64,000 bases of DNA from Rhabdochlamydiaceae bacterium (GTDB lineage: Bacteria > Chlamydiota > Chlamydiia > Chlamydiales > Rhabdochlamydiaceae): the NCBI GenBank assembly GCA_047459655.1, contig JAJREF010000003.1:64001-128000 (forward strand), read 5' to 3'. Both the position numbers and the translations under genes were made by a program. Below the pieces are notes generated by a model. That model had not been told where the DNA came from. It made no database searches and saw only the letters and a list, made by a program, of their open reading frames with translations. How positions within the stretch are numbered: the first letter of the stretch is position 1; the number at the start of each line of letters is the position of its first letter. Positions 53,442 through 64,000 of this stretch are shown here, one piece after another.

Positions 53442-56162
53442 ATGTCGTACATAAATCCTAACGACCCTAATTTAAAATCCAATAATTATTTTAATTTGCC
53501 TCCGCTCACTCCGCAAGAAGCTCAAAAAATCATAGAAGAGCTTTTTCAAGACCTTGTGAATAATCAAGCAGAGTACCCCAATTATGTTGAATTGGTCGGC
53601 ATCATCAATACCATTCGAGGAAAGGTATACGATCCTGCGAATGCTGGCAATTTAAGTGATTTGATCAACCAGGCAAAAGAAGCTCTAGGGAAAGAGGGAA
53701 TACAGCCTGAGATGACAGAAGAGCAAAAAACTGCCCTCACACGTTATGAAGAGGCTAAAGCCGCTTTAGAAGAGTTACAACAAAAAACAAAGCTTCTTCC
53801 TAGCCAAATCAGCAATTTAGAGGCCTTGATCAAACTACAACTTGAAGAACTGAAAAAATGTGAAGGGGAACTAAGTAAGTTGACGGGGACAGACCTTGCA
53901 GAAGCAAAAGAGCTTTACAATACGCTTAAGCAACAACTCCAGGATGCCCAAGAGAGTCTCGATTTCCTAAAAAATGAATATACCGATCTGGGAAAAACGC
54001 AAGCTTCTCTGATGACAGATCTGGGACGTTATGTTCAAGATATGGAACAGTTAAAAAATAGCATTTTACAAGGAACAGATACGGATCAACTATCAAAAGA
54101 ATTAGAAGCGATTTTCAAAGAATTTAAGCAAAAAACCAGCGATTACGATCACTCTCTTGCGCAGGATAAAGCAGATTTTGAGAGGAACCAAACCTCCCTA
54201 AAAGAGACCCTAGATGAAGCTTCAAAAGATTTGACACATCTGCAAGAGCTTGTAGACGTTACACCTGGTGAACCAGAGGAGCAACCTCCTATTGCTGGTG
54301 GACCTGCAAAACCAACGGGTAATGAGAGTTCTGCTGAGGCTGCTAAAAAAGCAAATGAGTATTTTGAATACCTTGCAGCAAACTACATAGAACTCGGGTT
54401 TTCCTATGATGAATATAAAGTGGCTGTAACGTGGCTAAATGGTCTTAGAATCTCTATTTCCAATATGAGTCCAGCAGACAGAAAAGCTGCTCTAGAAAAG
54501 GCTTATGAAAGCATCAGACCTCTTCTGAAGAGGCAAAAGCTGCGAAAAAAGCTTTTGAAGATATGACAAAAATCTTAGATACCCTCAAATATATCAATAA
54601 TCCTGCGGCATTAAAGAGCCTCATTGAGGAACTGAAAAAACTACTGGCAGAATGTGAAGGAAAACCAGGTGCTAATGATTATCAAACACTGCTTTCTGCT
54701 CTGGTACAAATTGAATCCACTTTGAACGCCTTATCTGGCAATGTAGCTGCCTATGTCACAGAACTGCAAAAATTTGTTTCCCAAATCGAGCAACTAAATA
54801 ATGCTATTAAACAAGAAACAAATACTCAAAAAAGACAAGATCTTCTTTCCCAGATCAACTCTTTGGTTAGCCAAATGCAGACCTACATGGTCAACAACTC
54901 TATTTCTATCGATGGTCTTAATCAAGAAGTAAACGATATTGAAGCTAGCCTGCAAAAAACAAAACTAGATATTAGAGAGTTAAGAAGAGAGACAGGCTTG
55001 CGCCTGCTTTTGATGATGAAAAAGGGCAAGACATGTACTTCGACTTCGGGATTTTTCAAAATGACATTCAGAAATTTGTCGACGGTAGCACCAATCCTCC
55101 CTCTTTCAAAATGGAGGCGTTTAAAGCATATCTGGATGATTTATTCACACGTTTGGGAGAAGCGGGTATTAACAAACTGTTTCTCTCTTTTGCGCAGCTA
55201 GCTAATGTCGAATATTTATCGGGCATAACCAATATTGTTCCTGGAAGAGATGCAACGGACAGAGATACCATTTTACAAATCTTTAATATCTCAAAAGATT
55301 GTGGGCTTGCACCCGATGCTATCTTTAAGCAATTTATCGACAGCGCGCGTGACAACAACTGTGAAATCAACCTCTCGATCGGTGGAGAAAGAGCAACTGT
55401 TGAGAATTTCTCAATAGGCAATAATCCAACAGCTGCTGCCATTGCAATGTTTGAGTTCATGAAAAAATACAATATTACCTCTATCGATATCGACATTGAA
55501 GGAGCACCTGTTGAAGCGGTCAACCGTAATCCTGAAGGGTTTCAGCAGTATTTTAAAGAACTCCACAGATTACTCAAAGAAGAAGGGGTTGGAAGAAAAG
55601 TCTTTTTAACACCTCTTGCAGACTGGACGCATGCAGCTTACAATCCAAACATCTCTTATCCCAATAGCTCTGCTGCTATCATAGAAGCGCTTTTCTTTGA
55701 TAGAGAGGGTAACTCCATCTTTAGAGAGATGTTCGATGGACTCAATCTCATGACTTACTCTGCTTCCCAATACTACCTCGATGGCGACCACCAATACGTG
55801 GGGAATTGAGCAATGGATTGATCTCATTGGAGGCCCGCAATTTGCTTACATGATTTCACTTGGCCTTGAAGACAATATCCCTTATCAAACCCCTGGAGCC
55901 AATGCAAATCCAGCGAATGACTACACCATTAAACCAGGTTCGACAGCAGGTGAGGGCGCTGCGCAAGTCTATCTTCAGCTTGTAGCCCAACTCATGAAAG
56001 ATGGGTATTTACCTCTCTATGCCGAGGGCCCTGAACTACGGCCTTGGAAAAACGTTCGGCTGGCCTGATAACAGCAGAGATGTTACTTATCACGGTGTCA
56101 ATGATTTCATGAAAGATTTCATGGAATATCTCAAAGATTTCTCTCCCAAAGAGTATCTTTAA
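53442..56162 (+). CDS. Large coiled-coil protein with C-terminal GH18 chitinase-like domain; ~4 frameshifts
   Basis: Heptad-rich ORFs 53433-54566 and 54563-55201; GH18 motifs LSFA, LSIGG, IDIDIE and NLMTY in 55033-55809; last piece with FGWP ends at TAA 56160-56162. Confidence 0.7.
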
Positions 56163-56202
56163 TCACCCAAGTTTTCTAAAAAGTGGCATCTACATTGCCT
56201 AG

Positions 56203-56334
56203 GGAGTCTCTGGACAAGTCATTTGCCGAATCTTGCCGCCAATTTTTGCAAATGGTATTAGCTGCGTTCTCCAAAATTGCCGTCTTCGAAAAACTGATCA
56301 GCAATCTCCGACAAAGCACTTGTCCATAGGTTCC
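56203..56334. mobile_element. Palindromic element family A, copy 2 (132 bp)
   Basis: GGAGTCTCTGGACAAGT ... ACTTGTCCATAGGTTCC, colinear with 1515-1676 but 30 bp shorter internally; flanks CTAG and CTAA. Confidence 0.85.
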
Positions 56335-56417
56335 CTAAGGAGCATAGCAACACGAAAATGCAAGAAAGATATTTTTCTTGCTGCTAAAAATACCATTCAG
56401 ATTAACATAGCAGTCCT

Positions 56418-58400
56418 ATGAAAAACTATTTTATAACCGCTTTGGGGATTTTTCTTATGGTGATGTCGTGTCATTTGTATGCCGATTTGTCCAAAGAAGA
56501 GCTTTTTGCTAAGCCCCCTTTTGTTTCCGCTAAAATTAGTCCTGACGGGAGGGCTATTGCATATGTCGGAGCAGATAAGGATGGGATTGCCAATATCTTT
56601 GTCAAGAAAAGGGAGCATTTACAATCAGGAGAGCAGATCAGCTTTTTTACTGTTCCTGCTATCAGTCAATTTTTTTGGACGCCTGATAACAAGTCTATAT
56701 TATTTTTGAGGAATGAAGACGGTACAGCCGAGCTGCATTTACATGGGATTGATGTTAGCTCTAAGAAGCATGTTATCTATACAGAAAAGTTCCCTCATGT
56801 AACGGCAAAAATGATTCGTATCAGTCCAAGCAAAAATAAAGCTGTAATAGGACTCAACCACCGCAATCCCCACTTTCACGATTTATACGTGTTGGATTTA
56901 GATTCGGGAAAATACACCCTTTTATTAGAAAATGATCTGTATGCCCAGTTTTTAGTTAGCGATAACCTTGAAGTTATTCTCAAAATGCGCATCAACGATG
57001 ACAGCTCTTGGACTATCATGACAAAAGAAGATAAAATTTTTATGGAGCTGGCTCCAGAAGAAGCTTTTCAAACTGAATTTTTGTCTTACAATGAAAAAAC
57101 GAAAACCGTCTACCTTTTAGATAATCGCTTTACCGATACAAATCAGCTAACGATGAAGTCTTTAAAGAAGAGCCAGGAGAAGGTATTGGGAGGGCAGCCC
57201 AATAGCGATGTTGATGATATACTGTTTGTTGAAGGGGAGCCTAGAGCTTACGCTTCTTACTATACGGAAAAAGAGTGGCACGTGCTCGATCCTAGATTTA
57301 CAGGAGATATCCTATTTCTACAGCAGCACGTAGGTTCTAATTTTGCAGTGATTAGTCAAAGTAAAAATGGGATCTGGATTGTTAGTCATGACATCCCTGA
57401 TCAAGGGGCTCAATTTTGGGTCTACGAGCAGAAAGTAAAAAAATTATCCCTCCTTTATTCTCCTCAATGGAGCCCAGGTGCAAGAGAGAGTTTTTCAAAG
57501 ATGTATCCCATGGTCGTAAAAGCGCGGGATGGAGAAACACTCGTTTGTTATTACACGATTCCTAAAAAATATGATAAGGGCGGCCATGTAGATACCCCCA
57601 TTCCTCTTGTTGTGGTACCTCACGGAGGACCTTTTAAAGCCCGTGATCAATTAGAATTTAACCACGAACACCAATGGCTTGCTAGTTGTGGCTACGCCGT
57701 ATTGAGTGTCAACTTTCGCCTTTCATCGGGCTTTGGAAAAGCATTCGTGAATGCAGGCAATGGAGAATGGGGCGGAAAAGCACATTTAGATGTTATCGAT
57801 GCGGTAGAAGCGTGTATTGCAAAAGGTCTTACGCAGCATGGCAAACTAGCGATTTTTGGAGGTAGCTATGGAGGCTATGAGGCTCTTGCTGCTCTTACTT
57901 TTTCACCCGATTATTACACATGTTGCATCTCTTTCTGCGGACCTTCTAATCTCAAAACAGTGCTCGACAATGTCCCCAAGTTCTGGGAACTCCCTGCTGG
58001 AGCTCTTTCAGATAAAAGAATATTTTTTACCAAGAGGGCATTTATTATCAGCATGGGAGGAGACCCAGATAAACCAGAGGGCGTTAAGTATTTGGAAAAA
58101 TGCTCCCCTTTGAACTATCTACATGCTATTAAGGTCCCGCTCCTGCTTATCCATGGAAAAAATGACCATATCGTAGCTGAGAGAGAATCAAGACAAATCT
58201 ATGACAGCATGAAAAAACAGGGCAAAAAGGCCATGTACATTTTATTCCCAGATGAGGGACATGGGCTTGCCAAAGTTCCTAACAACCTCTTGTTTTTAGA
58301 TCACGCAGAGCGCTTTTTATCCCAGCACTTGGGTGGCACATACCAGCCTGTCAGTAGCGATGTGTTGCAAGCATCTAGCGCGCAGATTTTAGAAGATTAG
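56418..58400 (+). CDS. S9 family serine peptidase (prolyl oligopeptidase / dipeptidyl aminopeptidase)
   Basis: Signal peptide, ISPDG propeller, PHGGP, NFR.S.GFGK, GGSYGG, HG.ND, DEGHG. Confidence 0.93.
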   Translation: MKNYFITALGIFLMVMSCHLYADLSKEELFAKPPFVSAKISPDGRAIAYVGADKDGIANIFVKKREHLQSGEQISFFTVPAISQFFWTPDNKSILFLRNEDGTAELHLHGIDVSSKKHVIYTEKFPHVTAKMIRISPSKNKAVIGLNHRNPHFHDLYVLDLDSGKYTLLLENDLYAQFLVSDNLEVILKMRINDDSSWTIMTKEDKIFMELAPEEAFQTEFLSYNEKTKTVYLLDNRFTDTNQLTMKSLKKSQEKVLGGQPNSDVDDILFVEGEPRAYASYYTEKEWHVLDPRFTGDILFLQQHVGSNFAVISQSKNGIWIVSHDIPDQGAQFWVYEQKVKKLSLLYSPQWSPGARESFSKMYPMVVKARDGETLVCYYTIPKKYDKGGHVDTPIPLVVVPHGGPFKARDQLEFNHEHQWLASCGYAVLSVNFRLSSGFGKAFVNAGNGEWGGKAHLDVIDAVEACIAKGLTQHGKLAIFGGSYGGYEALAALTFSPDYYTCCISFCGPSNLKTVLDNVPKFWELPAGALSDKRIFFTKRAFIISMGGDPDKPEGVKYLEKCSPLNYLHAIKVPLLLIHGKNDHIVAERESRQIYDSMKKQGKKAMYILFPDEGHGLAKVPNNLLFLDHAERFLSQHLGGTYQPVSSDVLQASSAQILED

Positions 58401-58415
58401 TCTCTCGGAGGTCTA

Positions 58416-58859
58416 ATGGGTATAAGAAAATTGTTATTCTGTCTCTTTTGCTCTTTCCTTTACGCGGATGATCTTGTCGTGGACTATCAAAGAGTGACTA
58501 AAGAAACATTTCATGAGAAAATCGTAGGAAATACAATTGTGGGGACCACGCGTCAAAGCCAGAGTCTTTATATGCTCTATTTTCTAGAAGATGGTTCTTG
58601 TGAACTCTGGAAGCAAAATCAAATTTATTCTGGTCGTTGGTGGATCGATCAGGACTCCAAGGGAGAAGATGTTGTTCACGCCTTTTGGCCTACTTACATT
58701 TCTCAAGAGCCAAAATCTCTTTTTTCTCCTAAAAATCCCTCTTATGGGAAACCAACTTCTCTTCGTTACTATTTCGACCCAGAAAGTGGTGGGGTCTTGG
58801 TGGCCGGAAAAGCATTTCACGCATCAGTACTCCTAGTTCCTGGATGCGCCTTTCCATAG
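58416..58859 (+). CDS. Hypothetical exported protein
   Basis: GGAGG RBS, signal-peptide-like start, beta-rich GNT..G / YF..DG / G.W. Confidence 0.6.
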   Translation: MGIRKLLFCLFCSFLYADDLVVDYQRVTKETFHEKIVGNTIVGTTRQSQSLYMLYFLEDGSCELWKQNQIYSGRWWIDQDSKGEDVVHAFWPTYISQEPKSLFSPKNPSYGKPTSLRYYFDPESGGVLVAGKAFHASVLLVPGCAFP

Positions 58860-58870
58860 AGGCCTTATCT

Positions 58871-60160
58871 TCACGGCAAAGAAGAAGGCAGGGAGGGTTT
58901 GCAGCGTGTCTCTTTAATGCGTGAGAGAATAAAGAGGGAGATAATCAGGTAAGCAGGGATTGTGATGAATGCAATCTTATAGTTAGTAACAGAGAATATC
59001 CGGGCCCCTTCGATAATTGTTCCATCCCACTTCAAATCTAAGAACCACCCGGTTAAAGGATCAGAGATAGCGCCACAAAGAGCATCGAATGCATTCATAA
59101 AGCCGATGGCTGTTGCCACAAGACCAGGTAGGTTAATTTCCCTCATCATGGTGAAGCAGAGAAGGAAGCTGCTGATAAAGAAACCAAATAAAAAAAGCAT
59201 GGCAGCCAGCCCAAAGTAAGGCAGGCTAGAGTCATAGATAACCATCGTAATGGATATAAGTGCAAAAATAGTGCCCCAAAACATGACAATCCATCTGCGC
59301 CCTAACCAGTCAGAAAACCATCCAAAAAAGGGAGCCCCGAAGGCAAACCCGATGAAAATCAGAGAAACCGACTGAGCGGCTGTATAATGAGCGAGGTGAA
59401 AGGCTTCTGAGATAAAAGAAACCCCCCATAGGCCGCCAAAGATCATAACTGGCGCAAAAGCAAGACCACTATAGATGGAAAGCCACCAAGACTGAGGATT
59501 GGTTAAAATTTGTTTGAGGCTATTATATATAGAAATTCTGGGAGCTACAATATGCCTTTCTATTTCGTGGCTATCGGGTTTGTCTTTTACAACAATCCAA
59601 AAAACAACGGCCAAAATAAGACCTACCAGGCCAATTGTTTCCATTGCATAACGCCAGTTGCCCACAGCTTTGATAAAAGAAGAAAGAGGAGCTTGCCCAC
59701 CTGCGGCACCTAGCATTGCAACAGTCATCATAAGACCTGTCATAAAAGCAAAGCGTTTGGAGGGAAACCAGTTTAAAATAAGCTTTATGCAGTTAACGGC
59801 TGCAAAAGCAGCTCCTGCCCCTGTTAAAAAGCGTCCCACTCCTGCCAAGAAAAAGGATTCAGATTTAGCAAAAATAAGGCATCCAAAGGCGCAGAGACCA
59901 ATCGCAAGGGTTGTAACTTTACGAGGGCCAATTTTGTCTATGAGAAGACCTGCAGGGATCTGTAAAAATAGATAAGCATAGAAATAACAGGCTGCGAGGT
60001 TTCCTAGCTCAGTTCCTCCGATTTGAAAGGCGCTCATTAAAGTGCAATTCATCACGCTGGGAGACACTTCAAGCGCATATTTGTAAAACATAAATAAAGC
60101 GCTGAGTAGCCAAATCACCCAGGCTCTTAGTCGATTAACATATGGGCTCGCTTTAGGCAT
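58871..60160 (-). CDS. MFS transporter (Pht-like)
   Basis: ~12 TM segments, QIP.G.LID..GPR motif A, WF....FA...G, G..SD..GRR. Confidence 0.88.
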   Translation of the reverse strand: MPKASPYVNRLRAWVIWLLSALFMFYKYALEVSPSVMNCTLMSAFQIGGTELGNLAACYFYAYLFLQIPAGLLIDKIGPRKVTTLAIGLCAFGCLIFAKSESFFLAGVGRFLTGAGAAFAAVNCIKLILNWFPSKRFAFMTGLMMTVAMLGAAGGQAPLSSFIKAVGNWRYAMETIGLVGLILAVVFWIVVKDKPDSHEIERHIVAPRISIYNSLKQILTNPQSWWLSIYSGLAFAPVMIFGGLWGVSFISEAFHLAHYTAAQSVSLIFIGFAFGAPFFGWFSDWLGRRWIVMFWGTIFALISITMVIYDSSLPYFGLAAMLFLFGFFISSFLLCFTMMREINLPGLVATAIGFMNAFDALCGAISDPLTGWFLDLKWDGTIIEGARIFSVTNYKIAFITIPAYLIISLFILSRIKETRCKPSLPSSLP

Positions 60161-60301
60161 AAAAGACTCCTCGCAAGATTCAGATAGCAGATATGCTAAA
60201 AATGCGTATTTAATTGCAATGAGAAAATCAGGGCTTCGAGCTGTTTTGGTCTACCATTATTTCAAGAAATGTTCTACAATGCTTTCTTATTTAGGAGAGC
60301 A

Positions 60302-61684
60302 ATGGCAAATCAAGTAACGATGGATGAAATTATATCACTCTGCAAGAGACGAGGATTTTTATTTCAAAGTTCAGATGTATATGGAGGTCTGCAGGGGATT
60401 TACGATTACGGTCCGCTAGGCGTAGAGCTGAAAAATAATTTAAAGGCGGCCTGGTGGAAGTCTATCGTTTATGAGAGAGATGATGTCGAAGGGTTAGATA
60501 CATCGATCATCACTCATCGTTTGACGCTTAAATATTCAGGTCATGAAGACACGTTTTCTGATCCGATGGTCGATTGTAAAGCCTGCAAGCACAGGATGCG
60601 CGCTGATCATATCATGGAGCACAAATGTGACCACTGTGGATCTAAAGATTTAACAGAACCTCGTAATTTTAACTTGATGTTGCGCACCACGCTCGGGCCT
60701 GTTGATGATGGTTCAAATATCGCTTATCTGAGGCCTGAGACAGCGCAGGGAATTTTCACCAACTTCAAAAATGTGCTTGATTCGACGTCCCGCAAACTTC
60801 CATTTGGAATTGCCCAGGTAGGAAAGGCCTTCCGTAACGAAGTCACGCCTCGAAATTTTATTTTTAGAGTGCGTGAATTTGAGCAGATGGAGCTCGAGTT
60901 TTTTGTTGCTCCAGGAACAGATGAAGAGTGGCATGCATTATGGGTAACGATGCGGTTAAACTGGTGGAGAAATCAGGGGTTAACTTCAGATAACCTTCAG
61001 CTGCAGCCGCAAGCTAAAGGAGAGCTTGCTCACTATGCAAAAGCTACAACTGATATTCTCTATAAGTTCCCTTTTGGATTTGAAGAGCTCGAAGGGATTG
61101 CCAATCGAACAGATTTTGACCTAGGCTCCCATTCGAAGGGGCAAGAAGCGTTAAAGCTATTTGCAAAGGTACGGCCTAATAGCGATTCTACCACGGTGCT
61201 TGCTGTTCAAGACATTGAAAACAAAAACTATATAGTGCCTTTTGTGATAGAGCCTTCCGCGGGATTAGATAGGGGAGTTCTGGCTCTACTTGTCGAAGCC
61301 TACACAAAGGAGACACTCGATAAAGATCAGCAGAGAATCGTGCTCAGATTAAAGCCTCATTTAGCGCCTATTAAGGTCGCTATTGTCCCCCTAGCGCGCA
61401 ATAATGAGCGTATTGTAGCCAAAGCAAAAGAGATTAAGAGTTCCCTGCAGAAGCTTGGCCTTGGGCGGATTAAGTATGAAGATATCGGAAATGTGGGGAA
61501 GGCTTACCGTCGTCACGATGAGGTGGGGACTCCTCTCTGCATTACAGTTGATTTTGATACTTTTGAGGGTGCTGTGGAGACAGTCACGGTAAGAGATCGG
61601 GACTCGATGAAGCAGGATAGGGTTGCAGTGAATGAGCTAGGTAACTTTATTCAAGAGTATTTCAAAAAAACAAACACACCCTAA
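60302..61684 (+). CDS. glyQS: Glycyl-tRNA synthetase, homodimeric alpha2 type
   Basis: [77 protein letters not shown] before ATG 60302. Confidence 0.95.
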   Translation: MANQVTMDEIISLCKRRGFLFQSSDVYGGLQGIYDYGPLGVELKNNLKAAWWKSIVYERDDVEGLDTSIITHRLTLKYSGHEDTFSDPMVDCKACKHRMRADHIMEHKCDHCGSKDLTEPRNFNLMLRTTLGPVDDGSNIAYLRPETAQGIFTNFKNVLDSTSRKLPFGIAQVGKAFRNEVTPRNFIFRVREFEQMELEFFVAPGTDEEWHALWVTMRLNWWRNQGLTSDNLQLQPQAKGELAHYAKATTDILYKFPFGFEELEGIANRTDFDLGSHSKGQEALKLFAKVRPNSDSTTVLAVQDIENKNYIVPFVIEPSAGLDRGVLALLVEAYTKETLDKDQQRIVLRLKPHLAPIKVAIVPLARNNERIVAKAKEIKSSLQKLGLGRIKYEDIGNVGKAYRRHDEVGTPLCITVDFDTFEGAVETVTVRDRDSMKQDRVAVNELGNFIQEYFKKTNTP

Positions 61685-61731
61685 CAAGAGTGTGTTTGAG
61701 CAAAAAAAGACTTTCTTTGTAAGAAAATCGA

Positions 61732-61869
61732 TTAATGGCGTGGGTTTTTTGTTGGCCACTGTGGTTTTTGACCTGGATTGTGAGGCTTTTGTCCAGGATG
61801 TGGATTAGGCTTTTGGCCTGGATTCTGTGGTTTTTGACCTGGATGTTGTTGGTTAGCATGCTTTTCCAT
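61732..61869 (-). CDS. 45-aa P/Q/N/H-rich microprotein with four PGQKP repeats; not in track
   Basis: AGGAG 8 nt before ATG; MEKHANQQHPGQKPQNPGQKPNPHPGQKPHNPGQKPQWPTKNPRH*; PGQKP copies differ only at synonymous positions. Confidence 0.75.
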   Translation of the reverse strand: MEKHANQQHPGQKPQNPGQKPNPHPGQKPHNPGQKPQWPTKNPRH

Positions 61870-61900
61870 TCTTTTTTCTCCTAATTTAGTGAACTTTTCA

Positions 61901-62006
61901 TTCTCTGGGCTTTAACTGGACTTTGGCCATTTATCGAGGCCGCTATCTTGTAGAATCAGCTCTCTCAAAGGGCCAAAGTCCAGTTAAAAAACCCGGGGGC
62001 AGAGAA
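61901..62006. repeat. Long irregular hairpin: structured leader, ncRNA or further palindromic element
   Basis: Perfect 18-bp stem TTTAACTGGACTTTGGCC (61911-61928) / GGCCAAAGTCCAGTTAAA (61971-61988); outer TTCTCTG/CAGAGAA. Confidence 0.7.
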
Positions 62007-62146
62007 CGTGTGCTCTTATACTCCCTAATATTTACTTTACAGGGTTTTCTGAAATATTAAAATATTTTTTTGCTTTTTCTGTACAAGGAATGTAGATTTG
62101 TTTATGTAAAGTAGTTAAACTTCAGCACTCTAGGGGTGCAAATTTT

Positions 62147-63100
62147 ATGCAAAAACTAATGCCTATTGTTGATTTTCACTGCGACCTTCTCTCTTATTTA
62201 GCAGAAGATAAGACAAGAACGGCCTATGATCCTGAGTCAAGGGCTTCAATCCCTTTCTTAACAGAAGGAGGGGTTGTTATGCAGACGCTTGCAATGTTTA
62301 CAAAGACAAAGCCGGGGTCTGAGGTGTGTGGGGAAAGGCAGTTTCAGATTTTTCTAGATTTGCCAAAGAAATATCCTGATGTTTTTGGTAGCCAGATAAG
62401 GCTTCTTTTGTCTATTGAGAATGCCTCGAGTTTTTGTGAAGAGGGTGCCTGTTTAAAAGAGGGGATTAAACGGCTTAATGATTGGGTAAAAAAAGCGGGG
62501 AAAGTTGCCTACATTAGCCTCACGTGGAATGGGGAAAATAGATTTGGTGGGGGCTCAGGCTCTAGGGTGGGGCTGAAGCCTGATGGAGAGCAAGTGCTTG
62601 AGTGGATGAGCGGGAAGGGAATTGCAATTGACTTCAGTCATACCTCTGATAAGCTGGCTCATGATATTTTCCACTACATTGATAAAAGGCGGTTAAAGAT
62701 TACTCCTATTGCAAGCCACTCTAATTTTCGTTCAGTATCTAAGCACGACCGTAATCTTCCTGATGATATCGCCAAAGAAATCGCACAGAGAAAAGGGGTT
62801 ATTGGTCTTAATTTTGTGCGTCGCTTTTTGGGTTCTCAAGGGGAGGAAGACTTTTTAGAACAGATAGAATTTGCGCGGAATTTGGGGCTTGTAAACCATC
62901 TCTGCCTGGGTGCAGACTTTTTTGATGACAGGGATTTTCCTCCCGAATACGATGATTTAAGGCCTCTTTTTAACCCTGGTTTTGATACAGCAGCATGTTA
63001 TCCAAAACTGCTAGATTTATTGAAAGAGCAGCTTTATCCATCAGAGATAGAAGGAATTGCTCACAGAAATCTAACACAATTTATACGAACAAACTCTTGA
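62147..63100 (+). CDS. Membrane dipeptidase, peptidase M19
   Basis: DFHCD, SIEN, LTWN..N.FGGG, IDFSH, ASHSN, H.RNL.D, LGADF. Confidence 0.9.
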   Translation: MQKLMPIVDFHCDLLSYLAEDKTRTAYDPESRASIPFLTEGGVVMQTLAMFTKTKPGSEVCGERQFQIFLDLPKKYPDVFGSQIRLLLSIENASSFCEEGACLKEGIKRLNDWVKKAGKVAYISLTWNGENRFGGGSGSRVGLKPDGEQVLEWMSGKGIAIDFSHTSDKLAHDIFHYIDKRRLKITPIASHSNFRSVSKHDRNLPDDIAKEIAQRKGVIGLNFVRRFLGSQGEEDFLEQIEFARNLGLVNHLCLGADFFDDRDFPPEYDDLRPLFNPGFDTAACYPKLLDLLKEQLYPSEIEGIAHRNLTQFIRTNS

Positions 63101-64000
63101 TTTTATCGAAGAAGTTCTTTTTACGTGGAGAATTTTGCTCTTTCTCAAGGGCAGCAAAAGACTTTAAGAGCTCTTTTGCTCATCGCTCAAGCGAACAGGT
63201 GTTTCTACAATCACCTTGATGAGAAGATCTCCTTTCCCTTGTCCATGAACGTTGGCAACGCCTTCCCCTTTGACACGCAACATTTTATCTGTTTGTGTGC
63301 CTTCTGGGATATTGACACGGGCCGTTTCTCCAAGAGGGGTGGGGATTTCTTTCTTACAGCCTAGAGCGGCTTCTGTAAATCCTATAGGAAGCTCAACAAA
63401 AATATCATCACCCTGGCGCTGGAAGAAGTGGTGGGGCTCTACAGAAACATAGACGTATAGGTCACCAGGAGGGCCTCCTCCTTCACCTGCATCTCCATGT
63501 CCTCCTAAGCGCAGTCGCATTCCATTGTCAATGCCGGCAGGAATTTTGATGGTAACTTGCTGTTTCTTTTTAAGACGGCCAGAGCCTCTGCACTCTGTAC
63601 AAGGATCTGTAATCGTCTTACCAGCGCCGTGGCAGGTAGAGCAGACTGAGGCCATGCTAAAAAATCCACGACTTTGGTGGATTTGACCACTTCCATGGCA
63701 GCGGGTGCATTTTTTAATCGCAGAAGATGAGGCGGCGCCTGATCCATCGCACTGGGAGCATGAGACGTAGTTGGTAATTGAGGCTTCTTTGTCAACCCCT
63801 TTGACAGCTTCTTCAAAAGTAATGGTGATTTGCATCTTCTTGCTAGCGCCTTGACGGACGCTGCTATTTTGCTCTTGCCCTTCAAAGCCAAAAAAGGAAT
63901 CGAACATCCCTCCGCCTTGTCCACCACCCTGGGAACCTCCAAATGCGCCCATAAAAGTGCGTAGGGCTTCTTCCATGGAAGAAAAGCCACCCGCTCCGCC
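63081..64000 (-). CDS. dnaJ: Chaperone DnaJ; 5' end outside the window; frameshift ~63170
   Basis: G/F-rich region, four CxxCxGxG repeats, IPAG...G..LRL.G.G, GDL.V. Confidence 0.95.

Noticed and set aside
58408..58418. GAGGTCTAATG identical to the rsmA upstream motif
   Set aside because: Only 11 bp and explainable as an ordinary RBS plus start codon.
61662..61859. Track ORF MLTNNIQVKNH...
   Set aside because: Shadow frame; the RBS and synonymous variation favour the PGQKP frame.

Overview
This window comes from a Chlamydiota genome, most likely an environmental, non-Chlamydiaceae lineage (inferred from gene order and content). About 47 kb is conserved chlamydial backbone: lptE-bamD-dnaE-uhpC, hisS-aspS-mip-trmL, nifU/nifS/gpmA, lnt-lpxC-fabZ-lpxA-fmt, the rplC-to-rplQ ribosomal superoperon, gapA and grgA. 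After tRNA-Leu(TAA) comes a ~12.5 kb accessory block: phosphodiester glycosidase, AAA_28 ATPase, MarR-GNAT, CsaA-like protein, DUF687-like protein, a coiled-coil/GH18 protein, S9 peptidase and MFS transporter. The window ends with an alpha2-type GlyRS, an M19 dipeptidase and partial dnaJ. Many essential genes are split by single-base indels, often in homopolymers, which I treat as long-read assembly errors and not pseudogenes. Main observations: (1) several families of short palindromic MITE/RPE-like elements, some with target-site duplications, that sit at gene ends and in places supply a stop codon or RBS; (2) a 45-aa PGQKP-repeat microprotein missed by the ORF track, behind a long structured leader; (3) an archaeal/eukaryote-type AspRS fused to a YbaK/ProX-like domain at the usual aspS position; (4) a coiled-coil/GH18 candidate effector; (5) a NifS/NifU pair lacking its catalytic and cluster-ligand cysteines.
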